64,000 nucleotides of DNA from Macrostomum hystrix (GCA_950097015.1 CATNEN010000038.1:12834001-12898000); one strand, 5' to 3'. Positions 40,060-53,348 are shown, counted from the first letter of the stretch. Program-made: numbers and translations. The notes: generated by a model not told the origin, from the sequence alone.

Positions 40060-42311
40060 GAGTGCGGGCCCGCGTTTGGCAAGTGACTAAAAAAATAACT
40101 TGCGTTAACGTTTCTTTAGTTTACTGATTTATGAAAGTGAAAATTTGTTCGCACAAATAACGTTATGCTTCAACTGGTAGCAGAGTTGGTACGCTACTGT
40201 TCTTACATTTAGAAAATAAGCAAGCAAGCAAGATTTTCAATTTTAGTATATTTTTAGAAAAATACTACTGCGTAAATTCGTAACTTTTAATCACGTTTTT
40301 AATTCAATAAAAGAAGCACAACTGGCCTGTAAAGCTTTTGAATTACACTTTTCCGGAAATAAAGAAATTTCTTTTCTTTCTCAAAGCAAATGTTTGTAAG
40401 AATCTAAGTATTCTTGACACTATTGTGACCGATTGCTTTTTATGATCAAAAAAACAGCATGAGTACGAAGCCATTTTGCGCCCGTTTTTATACCAAGGGC
40501 CGGAGTTAAGTTGTGCTAGTTAAAATTCAAATTAAAATATGTCTCCCCCTTAAAATTTGGTCTGAGTGTCCCTGTGGTTGAGCTGCGCCTAATTTTGGCT
40601 TGATCAGTGAAATTAGAGAAATTCGCCACGGTGTCCATAGTGGCCTAGTTTCACTTTTGTAGCCCTTGAAGGTCCAGCAGTGCCACCAAGATAAACGTAG
40701 GTGACCACCGAAGTCAGAGATGATGCAGGCACATTCGGGTGACATGCTGATAAATTATGAAGGCCTGGTAAGGCTGCACTTAGGCACTGTGCTAATTCGT
40801 GCATATGGGTGTATGAAATACACTAGCGCTTATGGGAAAACTCATACCTTCAGCCAGAACCGTTGAATATCTAGACAGTCTGAAGAGCTGGCGATTTGAT
40901 TCTTGTTTCAGAAGATGCGCAGCAAACATGTGGCCCGTGTTCTTGAGTTTCGTGTGCTTGCGTTGCTCCGTTAGGGTGCAGCACAAATAATTATCAGGGG
41001 GATTTCTCTCACTTGGTAGCTCTACTGCTAACTAAATTAATGAAACTAAGAGCCAGTCGACCGCAGCTAGCTAGCAGGCGATTCTGCCCATTACGCTGAC
41101 TCCTGAGCACACATACTCATCCAAGGCAGCTTTCTTAGTATCTCAAATTTCTTTATGAAATAAGACAGAAATTGAATAGTTTTTATAAAAAGTGCTACGC
41201 ATGTAAAAAGTGTTGTGTTAGCGCAAAAAAATTTATTTAAGCACAATTTACAAGTAGTAAAGTGTGCAAATTATCAGGTAAATGGTTATAAAGCAGGTTT
41301 AATGGCTTCAAGATTAAACAAAATGTTCTAAGGCTGATTAAGATGTATTGACAGATAAATTCAGTCCGAAAGTGCAGCCTCACTAAAGTGAGTCCAGTCA
41401 GATTCATGTAGAGTCCTTTGTTTGTCACATAAAAGTTTATCCATAAAATTATAATTAACATGCCCTAAATACGCTACTTAGCTATAGCCCATCAGCTAAC
41501 AGTAGGCATGTGAGAGAATATATATTAAATCATATATAATAGAATTGTGTACACAGATGGGATAAATAATAGAATGAGAACAGTGAGCAGTGGTTGAATG
41601 GACAGGAAGATCATAGGTAACACAGCTAACACCAGCAGGGGTTCGAGGAACAAAAGTTACCTGGCAGAATGGCAAACGGAGAAGGCTGAAAGGCGACGAT
41701 TGAAATATAGTTGAGCTTCAATAAAATTACAATAGCAAAACTTTGGTAAAAAAATAGGTGCCGTGGAATGGAAAACTAATTTCTGTGTTTGGCTTTGTAG
41801 CACTCAAGTAAAATTTGTGTTTCTTCTGCTCTATACAGAAAAACATAACTCTGAAGAAATTGGATGCGAAAACAGACAAATAGTCTTAGGATGAGGTCTC
41901 ACATCAGGAGCATTCGATGCCCAACAGAAATTAATGAGTCACGCACAGTCCGTGACAATCGAAAAATACACGCTTTTGCTCATAATGGATAGTCATCAAC
42001 AAGCCATTCATAAAAATTTTCCTGAGCAGTAAAAATGAAAACGGTCACTTTCACAAACGGTCTCAAACGGAGGACTTTCACAAAAAGCGATCATTCGGTT
42101 TGGGAGCTGTCTTGTAGTAGGAAGTGGGCATTTTAAATACCCCGTGGTCTTTCCCCAGGGGAAAGTAGGGTGGTTAGTTAGTAAACTGCGAATTAAAACA
42201 GAATAGCCCTTATTCGCAGTCATAGACGGCTTTACATAAGTTTGAGTCATGCTTGGTGGTCAGGCATCACTTGGTCATACAGCAGCACAGTTGGTCATGC
42301 TGGACGCAGTT

Positions 42312-43631
42312 TCACATGATGCGGCAGCAGCTGCGCGAAGCTGGCGCAACAGACGCGGCGGTCATCTCGTTCACGACCTCGAGGAAAACTTCTTCGACAT
42401 TGTTGCCAGTTTTGGCTGAAGTCTCCAGGTAGGCGCAGCCCCACTGCTCTGCCAGAGCCAGAGCGTCCTGGCCGGACACCTGGCGCAGCTCGGCCAGGTC
42501 GCACTTGTTCCCAACCAGCACAGTGGGGCAGCGGGCCTGGTTCTTGACACGGGCGATCTGGTCGCGCAGCTGATGAATGTCGCGAAACGTCTGAGCAGAG
42601 GTGACGCTGAACACAACAACGAAGCCCTGACCGTTCTTGATGTACAAATCGCGCATTGAGGCGAACTGCTCAGTGCCAGCCGTGTCCAGGATCTCCAGCA
42701 CTGCCGGCTGCTGGTCCACCCTGGTATTTGGGAGGACGTCTATTGGTTATGTAATGTCTGCAGTGATATTCTAATGTCTGCAGTGGTGATGTTATGTCTG
42801 CAGTAGTGATGTTATGTCTGCAGTGGTGATGTTATGTTTGCAGTGGTGATCTAATGTGTGCAGTGATGTTCTAATGTGTGCAGTGATATTCTTAAGTGTG
42901 CAGTGATGTTCTAATGTGTGCAGTGATATTCTAATGTGTGCAGCGATATTCTAATGTGTGCAGTGATATTCTAATGTGTGCAGTGATGTTCTAATGTGTT
43001 CAGTAATGTTCTAATGTGTGCAGCGATATTCTAATGTGTGCAGTGATGTTCTAATGTGTGCAGTGATGTTCTAATGTGTGCAGTGATGTTCTAATGTGTG
43101 CAGTGATGTTCTAATGTGTGCAGTGATATTCTAATGTGTGCAGTGATGTTCTATTGTCTGCAGTGGTGTTCTAATGTGTGCAGTGATGTTCTAATGTGTG
43201 CAGTGATGTTCTAATGTGTGCAGTGATGTTCTAATGTGTGCAGTGATGTTCTAATGTGTGCAGTGATGTTCTAGTGTGTTCAGTAATGTTCTAATGTGTG
43301 CAGTGATATTCTAATGTGTGCAGTGATGTTCTAATGTGTGCAGTGATATTCTAATGTGTGCAGTGATATTCTAATGTGTGCAGTGATGTTCTAATGTGTG
43401 CAGTGACGTTCTAATGTGTGCAGTGATGTTCTATTGTCTGCAGTGGTGTTCTAATGTGTGCCAAAACAATAAGGCCGCAAATTGAACATTTCGAACTTAC
43501 CTAATGTGCTTTTTATAAAAGTCTTCTATTGTAGGATCGTACTTCTCAACAAAGTTGCCAGAAACAAACTTTACTGTTAGGGCACTTTTGCCCACACCAC
43601 CACTGCCCAGAACAACAACTTTGTACTCCTT
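42312..43631 (-). CDS. RAP2: Ras-related protein Rap2; coding exons 43631-43501 and 42720-42312; initiator ATG not in the adjacent genomic DNA
   Basis: [31 protein letters not shown]..|..[41 protein letters not shown] (CAAX). TEQFASM and EDFY are characteristic of Rap2. Phase-2 GT-AG intron. Confidence 0.93.
42745..43460. repeat. 20-bp minisatellite (CAGTGATGTTCTAATGTGTG)n filling the Rap2 intron
   Basis: About 35 copies. Confidence 0.96.
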
Positions 43632-44281
43632 CTGAAATTTGATAGAATTATGATTTTTGTACTATTGAGTGCAGATTGATTTAGTACAACAATTACATCA
43701 CTGAAATATAAAGGAACCTAAATTTTTCAACCTAATTCAAATATTTTACCCACTAAACTAAAGTTAAATATACATTTTATGTTTTTATGGTTTTCTGTTC
43801 TGTATCTCTTGTGTACAGTTTTTAATACTTCAATTAAACAACATTTTGTTTACAATTTTAGTACACAACATTGATGTTTGTAAAAGTTCAAATATAGAAA
43901 TATTATTTGAAATAGTATAAAAATATTAAATAACATTTATTCCCATTATGGTCATTTAATAGTCATTTTGTTGTCATATGCCAATTCAAAATTCAGAATA
44001 AGAATAGAAAAAAGCTGGAAAAGGGTAGGTAGTCAGAACTAAATTATACTCATTAAGCATAGGCCTATTAATGTCTATTTGAGAATGGAAACTTTGGTTT
44101 CTTAAGAAAAACAATCATTTTACTTTTTTAATCAAGTATTTTAAAAACTATGTATACTATTACAAAAATATAGCAATTTCAAAATTGCCTACCCACAAAT
44201 GAATACAAATACAAAAAACTAGTATAGTTGTTGAAACCTGCACAGGCTGTACTCATGTACTATGAAACAAGATACATCCTT

Positions 44282-44759
44282 CAGGGTAGCCCCAGTTGAC
44301 TTAAAAAAATTCCCGGGGAATTCCTGGATTTTTTGACAGAAGGCAAAAATTCCCAGGTGATGGAAGAGGAAAAGTGATAAGAGAAGTGACAGGAAAATGA
44401 GCCAGATAGTGAAAAAGAGGGGTCTGGGGGGACTTCCTCACAGACATTTAACTAAGTTGAGGGGGGTTTTAACTTTGGTTGGAGCAACCAGGCTCTGGAG
44501 GTTGCGGGAGTTCCTGGTGGCTAGGATGGGTTTGTGAAGTCTGTTTAGACCTCACTTTATATTTTTGTTTGAGTCTAAAATGATGAGAAAACAAATATAT
44601 TGTCATTGAACATGCCATATAATATTTTATGCACTCAGTGATATGTCATTCTAGAAAAATTCCTGGGGATTTCCCCGTTTTCCCAGATCTCCCGGGTGGG
44701 GGTCAAAATTCCCAGGGATTTCCTGGTTTTCCAGGTTTTCATGGCCTAGGGCTACCCTG
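44282..44759. mobile_element. MITE, hAT-like termini, 6-bp TSD
   Basis: TIR CAGGGTAGCCC...GGGCTACCCTG. ATCCTT is duplicated at 44276-44281 and 44760-44765. Subterminal TTCCC.GG motifs occur at both ends. Confidence 0.85.
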
Positions 44760-45028
44760 ATCCTTGCACATTGATCTTATCAGTCTCTTTAGTTATTAGC
44801 TTTGTAGACCTTCTGTGATACAGAAACAGAAAGGTAAGTAGCAATGATATAGTTGTGCAAGTGGCTTGGGGTGCAGGTATAAATGACTATTGCATCTCAA
44901 GCAAACAGCAGACAATTTTTGCTTGAAAATGACTTCACTTGGTTATAACTTGTATTTGAGCTAAGACAGTCCATCCCAGACAAAGCATCCTGTACTATAG
45001 TTCCATAGATTTTTTATCAATTATGCTT

Positions 45029-47476
45029 GACTTACTTGACTTATCTGCAGGGCGGTCCGACGGACGCAGCGGGGAGGCGGGAGTCGCCCATTCCGCTAAT
45101 CCATGAAAGACCCGCAATCGGCCGATGGCGCGGGGCCCATACATGCGCAACCTCCCAAATCTTAGCCGGCCGTGCGACTTAGTTTTTGCTCTCATTTGCG
45201 ACTTAGTTCATTTCATTGCTCTATTTACGACTTAGTTTGCTCTCATTTGCTCTCTTTTTCTCTCCCCTTTTTCCTTTTCTTCACGCCTTCCTTTTTTGTC
45301 CCTTGGTCCCCCCTTTGATTTTTTTGCGCTTGGTCAATTGGTTTTTGCGACTTACCTTGCTTGGCCCTCGTTTCACCTGGCCGGGTCGGCCGGGTGTTGC
45401 GCATGTATGGCGGGGCCAGTCAGGGAGGTCCGTGTTCGGTCCTTCCTGCAGCTTGTTCCTCGCTGGGGAAGAAAGAGGCTCGTCTGGTAGCCCTTAGGAA
45501 CCGGACGAGCCGTGGGATGTTCTCGGATCTGCAAACATCGTCCATGGATGGGTTTGGTCCGAGGTGATTAAGCCTCTCTCTGGTGAAGAAAGGGCAGTGG
45601 CAGACGAAGTGCAGGGCATCCTCGTCCTCAAGGTTGCAGAAAGGGCACAGCTCACTCCGGAGGTCTCCACGGAGGAAACAGTGTCTGGCGTAGCAGCCAT
45701 GGCCCGTGAGGGTCATGGTGAGGGCCCGGATGTCCTTCCGGGTCTGGTTCAGAAGGACCTTCCGGAGCCGAGCGGATGGCACTGGAACTGCCGCTTTGGA
45801 TTGGCGGCAGTTAGTGGTGCTTCTCCACCGGGTAAGATGGAGGTTGGCAGTCCAATCATTAATCTGACGATAAATGACGGTGCTTGGAATCGGAGCCGGG
45901 GGGAGGGGCCTGGCGCAGAGCTGGCTCCTCCCTGCTTGGCCAGGTGGTCAGCAAGCTCGTTACCAGGGAAACCGGCGTGCCCTGGTATCCACTGAAGTCT
46001 GACGGTATTCTTACCGGCCAGGTTATTGAGCTGCCGGACACAGTCGGAGACTGTCCGGGAGGTTGTGGTCGTGTGACAGAGGGCTTGCAGAGCAGCCTGA
46101 CTGTCCGAGTGAAAGATGATAGTCCTGCCTGAGATGTTTTTCTCATTTAACTCCGCAGTGCAGGAGCTGATGGCCAGGACCTCGTTCTGGAAAACGCTCG
46201 AGGATTTTCCAGTGTGTTGGGCGTGTGTGGCGACAACACGTCCGTTGATAAGGATACAGACCCCGAAGCCAGCGGAGCCATCCTTCATGGATCCGTCCGT
46301 GTAGCAGTGGACCTCCTGGGTGTTCCAGTGGTCGCTAACTTGGTCCCTGGTGGGGATGAGAACCTTAAAGCGCTGAAGGAGGTTGAGCGAGCACAGTTCA
46401 CCGTCCGTAAGGACATTGATTCCATTGCTCGCACCCAAGTCTCTCAGGCAAAGGTCCGTGTGCGGCAGGAGCTTTCGCTTTGCTGCCGCTCGTTGGGGGA
46501 CGAAGCGCACACCGGCATCAAGGAGACGCCGGGCGGTTTTTGCCGCCTCCCCGCGGATAAAGATATCGAGCGGGAGGATGTTCAAGAAGGCATTGAGGCC
46601 ATCGAAGGGGGCGGATGGCGGGGCGTGATCGTTCGACATGCGCGACCTTGCACTCTCCGAAGAGTCTCATGGCAGGTCTTAAGCTGCAGGGCACTAGCCC
46701 AGATCAGTCCGGCGTACGAGACAGCCGGCCTGACCATAGCAGTGTAGATCCACCATAGACGTTTGGGGGTGAGACCCCACGTGTTGCCCACCGCCCTGCG
46801 CAGCTGCGCTAGGATCGCAAAGGCCTTTTTGGCTTTGGCATGGACATGAGGAGTCCAGCTGAGCCTGTGATCGAGCGTTATGCCCAGGCATTTAGTTTGC
46901 TTCTGGAAGGTGATGTCCTTTCCATACAGCTGCAGGGGGCGAATATGCCATTTGTTTTTGCTGGTGAACATGATCGCCGCTGTCTTAGACTCGGAGAGCT
47001 TCAGACCGCAGCGAGTTGCCCATCTTTCGGCGTTGTTGATAAAGTTTTGCAGAAGGTCTCGGAGGGCCTCTGGTACCGGGCCAGATGCCACTGCCGTAAC
47101 ATCATCCGCATAGCCGACCTTTAGGATGGGGTCTGGCTGAGAGTCTCGTAAGAGCTCGTCGATAACCATGTTCCAGAGAACTGGTGAGAGGACGCCGCCT
47201 TGTGGGCAACCTTTGCAGACAGTGACCGTCCGCTGGTGTCCAAGAAGGTGTGCCGTAGCAGTGCGGTGGCGGACCATGTACATGATCCACCTCCTAAGAT
47301 GCGAATGCGTGTGCCGCATACGTAGGGCCCTGTCAAACGCCTCGAAGAGAACGTTGTCGAAGGCCCCGTCAATATCCAGGAAGATGCTCAGGGCAAAGCC
47401 GTTCCCGAGGACGGCCTTTTCCAGAGCGTCCACCAGAGCGTGGAGAGCGCTTTCGGTGGAACGTCCCGACCAAAAG
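45029..47476 (-). mobile_element. 5'-truncated non-LTR retrotransposon with RT, RNase H and C-terminal Cys/His motif (LOA/R1/I-group-like), two frameshifts
   Basis: RT motifs FLDIDGAFD, GCPQGGVLSP, YADD (46582..47481). RNase H motifs YTDGS, HSDSQ, WIPGH..GNELAD (45749..46639). CPFC..ED..H..C (45420..45782). The 13-bp TSD ATCAATTATGCTT is at 45016-45028 and 47477-47489. Short-repeat 3' tail TAAGTCAAG. Confidence 0.93.
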
Positions 47477-47538
47477 ATCAATTATGCTTATAGATCACCA
47501 AAAATTAATGTTCTCATATCTTTTCTATACTTAAGTAG

Positions 47539-48019
47539 GGTCCCAGGTCATTTCGGTGACAAGACATTTCGGTGACAGTCATTTCGGTGACAGAATTGGT
47601 CAGTTCGGTGACAACTATTTTTGCACCTAAATATGCTAAGAAAACAGCCTTCCACGATCCAGCAGCTGCTTAAAGCCTGCACTCGCCTTGTCAATCCAAA
47701 ACTTAAAAAATGTTTATTATAGGCCTACACATTTAATTAGGAACGAATAACTATTGAAACTATTGACTAGGGCCTACTCATTAAATAATTTAATAATTTA
47801 ACTCATTTAAAGTAAAACCCAGACTTTAACATAGCGATGCAGCTTCTTAAATTAATACTTTTAGCATTATTTAATTAATATTTTATATGTGTGCATAGTT
47901 AAAATGGAAGGCAGTTTTTTAGCATATTTAGGTGCAAAAAAAGTTGTCACCAATCTGACCAATTGTGCCACCGAAATGACTGTCACCGAAATGTCTTGTC
48001 ACCGAAATGACCTGGGACC
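47539..48019. mobile_element. MITE with long TIRs containing CATTTCGGTGACA repeats; 9-bp TSD (Mutator-like)
   Basis: GGTCCCAGGTCATTTCGGTGAC...GTCACCGAAATGACCTGGGACC with about 110 bp inverted. CTTAAGTAG is at 47530-47538 and 48020-48028. Confidence 0.9.
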
Positions 48020-48493
48020 CTTAAGTAGCTATATAAGCAGTGTAAAGGATGGTAAAAAACAGCTGTAAAACAGCTTGTTTATAGATACAACACAAGACTA
48101 GATACTAGCTTTATCCAGGCACTGCTTTGTAGAAACTTAAGAAGTTACATGTAAGTTGATTTGACTCAAGGACATGTAAGTTACGTGTCAAATTTGGATT
48201 TGTATTTTTAGTCTAGACAATATCTACAGCACATAGAGTGATTAGGATTGTAGTTAAGAAATAAAATATCCCCTTTGTTCCTTATATCCCTAGTTATACA
48301 AATAACTATAAGTTATAACTATCACAATATGGTATTTCCATTATTTTGAGAAATATGTAGAAATGCAACCTGAGCCTTTGGCTTTAAATTTTTACTCCGT
48401 TTTTCATATATTGATTGATTTCAAGTATATTATTTGCTTAAATACGTAATTTACATAAATCGTTTCTACGCCCATCTTGTCAGTTAGATTTAT

Positions 48494-49045
48494 CTCTTGA
48501 TTCTTCAATGCCACTTCAACAATTTTTTTATTATTGCACTGAAAATCTAGAGCTATTAATGTATTCCTGTAATTGAAGAACGTATCCCAAATATTCTGTA
48601 GATTTCCTGGATAAGATATAATTTGAATACAATTACTTTGTATTAAAACACATTTTGCACAGATAATTAACCTTTAACTTCACATCTACGACTAATTTCT
48701 TTTAATAAATAATAATTTTCTTAGTATTTTTGCCTGCATAATTTTTGCGTGAAGAAAATCTTGTGGCCACGCATTGATTGTGATTGCTTGTGATTTTGTT
48801 TTAGTTACTACTTGTTTACAACCAAATAATCCCAGAAGCCAAAAAGCATCGAACCTGACTGTATAACCTGTACGATAGCTATTATTAAGAGGCCTATCAC
48901 ACAAGCATGTTATGTTAATGATGTTATGTAAAATGCATTAAATATATAATCAAATTCTCTGGATTCTTCAATGCCACTTCAACAATTTTTTTTATTATTG
49001 CACTGAAAATCTAGAACTATGAATGTATTGCTGTAATTGAAGAAC
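48494..49045 (+). repeat. ~90-bp direct repeat pair (48494-48581 and 48957-49044)
   Basis: GATTCTTCAATGCCACTTCAACAATTTTTT...GTAATTGAAGAAC occurs twice with few differences. Confidence 0.85.
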
Positions 49046-50949
49046 TACCATAAACTATACATCGCTTACTTATTAAGTAGTGGTACCAACAGACCATGTT
49101 CTGTGGGTGATACTAATATGAATCGCCCATATAAATTACAGGCGACACGTTTTAAAACGTTGAGTGTTATATTTATTGTCACGAAACTACTGCGTGTTCC
49201 ATGAGGTGGTTGTAAAGTTTTAGATTTTTTGTGACTTCTCCCGCGCAATTTCTTTAACAAAAAATTATTGATTAATTATAATATATTAGAATAGAAATAA
49301 CTATATATACTATATTTATAAATACAATTATATCGTTTGATCAAATGTTCATAAGTCTCAATAGATACTTAAATAATGGTTATATAAAAAGAATATATAA
49401 TCAATACCAAGATTCGTGATTCCCGAAACACTTGGTTCAGATTTTGGCCACTCATTCAAATACGATGCAAGACGCGCTTCCTAATTCGCGAAAAAATGTC
49501 ATACTTTTTATTTATTGAATTACTGACGTAAACCTAGCCTCATGCCATCCTCACGATATTTGAAAACAACGTGCGATGGCTGCGATACTGCCTAAAATTA
49601 GCAGATACGATGAAGACAGATATGCAATGCCTGTTTTTGCATCGATATATGCCATGGTCGTGCGTGTGAATGGCTCTAAAATATGAAAGCATGAGGATGG
49701 CGTGAGGATGGCGTGAGGATGGCTTCCCAAAGATGCACATATCAACTAATTCGTGCGATGATTTCTAAATCCTACATAGGCACGTGCCAGTAATAACTGT
49801 GTGAAATTTCAAATCAAGGCATCAAATTCTTTGCCTTTTAGGCACGTCGGAGAAACTAAATCGGCTGAAGTATGTGGTGTCTTGCTGCGATAAAAGAACG
49901 TATTATAGGGTACATTGCGAAAGCACACATATCGCATAGCTACTCTCCTAAACTACAAAAATTCGAAAACCGCAACTTTGCGATGGCCCTAGTTGCTGAG
50001 ATCGACGTCATTATACATGAACATAAAATGTCACAAATTTCTCCCCGGCGTTATCAAAATTATTCCAAGCAAACTAACAAAACATTTGCCGCTGGAGACA
50101 ACAATGTCGACAAAAACTAAAGTCTAACTTAGAGTTAAAACCAAAATTAACATTAAAGATATTCGATTATATCCGAGAAGACTGCACTCAGTCTGTTGTT
50201 AGTTATTGCATCAGTTACTTCTCCCACTTTGAATGTAAGCAAGACTTGTGCAAGGACCACTCTTCTTCTAGTGGTCCTTGTACTTATGACCTAGTGTACT
50301 GAATAGTGTACTTGGACACTCATAAAGAACAAAGATTAGGCCTATACAAGCAATGTAAACAAGTCATTGACTCATTGGTTGGCAACACTGTGCATTTTTT
50401 ACCTCATTCTCAGTGCAGTAGTGTCAATTATTGGTGTGTATCAGTGCAAGCTCATTTATTGCTTACCTACATTACAATCCTACATAATTAATTATATTGA
50501 GCATCTACTTGCCATTCATTTCAATTGGTTCTTTCCATTGGCATTATTATACATTATAATTGAGTTCCTCATTTTTGTACATTTATATACATGGAATCAA
50601 ACAAATGGTTGACAAGTCCCATGAAATTTATAATGCCATGCAGTCGCAGATAAAGAAGAAAAAAGTATTTTACGTTTCTTGGAACATCAAATAAGGCTGA
50701 TAAGATGAGATAGATGATAAGATAATATAGACTAATATTAATAATATTAATTTTCTATCTTGTCTTTAATCAACTCATTAAACTCTAACTAACTTACTTA
50801 ATATGAAATTCTTGACATTGTTCCTTCATGTTCCATACATTCTTATCTTTATTTTTGTGCTGAAAATAGGTCAGTTGTTACTATTTGTCTTTGTCTAGAC
50901 TAAACATTTATTTTGCATTAACAACATGAAGTTCTTGTTCTTTTGTGTT

Positions 50950-52392
50950 CTATATATTCTTGTCTATATATTTGTGTTGAAAGTAGAGCACCAATTGTTA
51001 TTTGTCTAGACTAAAAATCCATGGTCCATAAAGAACATGAAATTCTTGTTCCTTCATGTTCCGTCTATTCTTGTCTATATATTTGCGTTGAAAGTAGAGC
51101 ACCAATTGTTATTTGTCTAGACTAAAAATCCATGGTCCATAAAGAACATGAAATTCTTGTTCCTTCATGTTCCGTCTATTCTTGTCTATATATTTGCGTT
51201 GAAAGTAGAGCACCAATTGTTATCTGTCTAGACTAAACATCCATGGTCCATAAAGAACATGAAATTCTTGTTCCTTCATGTTCCGTCTATTCTTGTCTAT
51301 ATATTTGCGTTGAAAGTAGAGCACCAATTGTTATTTGTCTAGACTAAACATCCATGGTCCATAAAGAACATGAAATTCTTGTTCCTTCATGTTCCGTCTA
51401 TTCTTGTCTATATATTTGCGTTGAAAGTAGAGCACCAATTGTTATTTGTCTAGACTAAAAATCCATGGTCCATAAAGAACATGAAATTCTTGTTCCTTCA
51501 TGTTCCGTCTATTCTTGTCTATATATTTGCGTTGAAAGTAGAGCACCAATTGTTATCTGTCTAGACTAAACATCCATGGTCCATAAAGAACATGAAATTC
51601 TTGTTCCTTCATGTTCCGTCTATTCTTGTCTATATATTTGTGTTGAAAGTAGAGCACCAATTGTTATCTGTCTAGACTAAACATCCATGGTCCATAAAGA
51701 ACATGAAATTCTTGTTCCTTCATGTTCCGTCTATTCTTGTCTATATATTTGTGTTGAAAGTAGAGCACCAATTGTTATCTGTCTAGACTAAACATCCATG
51801 GTCCATAAAGAACACGAAATTCTTGTTCCTTCATGTTCCGCCTATTCTTGTCTATATATTTGCGTTGAAAGTAGAGCACCAATTGTTATCTGTCTAGACT
51901 AAACATCCATGGTCCATAAAGAACATGAAATTCTTGTTCCTTCATGTTCCGTCTATTCTTGTCTATATATTTGTGTTGAAAGTAGAGCACCAATTGTTAT
52001 CTGTCTAGACTAAACATCCATGGTCCATAAAGAACACGAAATTCTTGTTCCTTCATGTTCCGCCTATTCTTGTCTATATATTTGCGTTGAAAGTAGAGCA
52101 CCAATTGTTATCTGTCTAGACTAAACATCCATGGTCCATAAAGAACATGAAATTCTTGTTCCTTCATGTTCCGTCTATTCTTGTCTATATATTTGTGTTA
52201 AAAGTAGAGCACCAATTGTTATCTGTCTAGACTAAACATCCATGGTCCATAAAGAACACGAAATTCTTGTTCCTTCATGTTCCGCCTATTCTTGTCTATA
52301 TATTTGCGTTGAAAGTAGAGCACCAATTGTTATCTGTCTAGACTAAACATCCATGGTCCATAAAGAACACGAAATTCTTGTTCCTTCATGTT
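50950..52392 (+). repeat. 111-bp tandem array inside the left TIR (~13 copies)
   Basis: GTCTAGACTAAA recurs every 111 bp. Confidence 0.95.
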
Positions 52393-52641
52393 CAGTCATT
52401 ATTATAGTGGTACATCTATGTATCTATATGTTCAAGCTATGCACATGAGACGTGTCACTTTCATTTCAGATTTTGTGGGCTTGACTGGCAATTATTAGCA
52501 GACTTTCTAATGAGTAAGTTTTTTTGCCCTGTTGTCTTTTCTGATTGCTTCAGACTTTGTGCAACACTCATGCAGACGTTGCATATGACTCCTTTTTTTC
52601 ATGGTACAGACTATTTAAGTGACTTGCCATGTTAATTTCAG

Positions 52642-53348
52642 ATTGGAATACCGTCTCCGTCGATGACATTCAGAACCTGTTTGCCTCTCGTCGTCTGAGT
52701 TACTCAGATGTTGCTACCAAGCCTCTGCCAGGACCCACACCTGTAGGGACAGTGTGGTCCAGGGCATGCATTCTGTTGGGCTTTGAGGACTCATTCATTC
52801 ACCGACGCTGGCTGTATGACCAGTTTCGCAGGAACGCAGTAAAGATTTTAACAGATATATCAGACGATCCTGTCCACGATGAAGTCCTAGACAAAGAAAG
52901 CGCCAATGAGGAGTAAGTATTTTGCTGGATTTTTAGATCAACTTTTGCAGTGTCATGCATGAATCCTGTTTACAATGGTCTTTAGTCAGGGCTCTTTTGA
53001 AACATCATGACCCTAACTTCATCGCATGTATACAAATAAGAGTCATTTCTTTGCAGTGAGCAGCCGATTTTTCATGCGAGACTGCACACGGCGATCATCC
53101 TAGATAGCAGCGGACGTCTGCAAAAGAACTGGCAGGACTTCATCTTTCCGCACTTCTCGACTATGCTCTCCTGTTGCTTATGCGTGCAGCGAAGCAGGGT
53201 GGCAGCTACCTCGGCAGAGGTGACGGCAGATGTCTACTGCCGGGTCACCTCCTGCAACGCTCGCTTCAGGCTAACATCACAGGATAGTAGGTTGCTGTGG
53301 ACTCTGAGGGCGAGCGGCCCCCTTAAACACCCATTACATCTACGATGA
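52642..53348 (+). pseudogene. Decayed spliced transposon gene, N-terminus resembling the NOF (Foldback-associated, MULE-related) protein; exons 52642-52912, 53057-53348
   Basis: In-frame phase-2 intron (GA|GTAAGT...TTGCAG|T). Peptide LQKNWQDFIFPHF...CCLCVQRSRV...VYCRVTSCNARF...H. Stop codons accumulate from 53346. The NOF similarity is from memory of the motif pattern only. Confidence 0.45.

Noticed and set aside
49540-50612. Short ORFs duplicated in both TIRs
   Set aside because: AT-rich with no motifs. Their duplication simply reflects the TIR symmetry.
50950-52392. Regular repeats as a possible CRISPR array (also considered for the other arrays)
   Set aside because: Units are head-to-tail with no unique spacers, there are no cas genes, and the context is eukaryotic.
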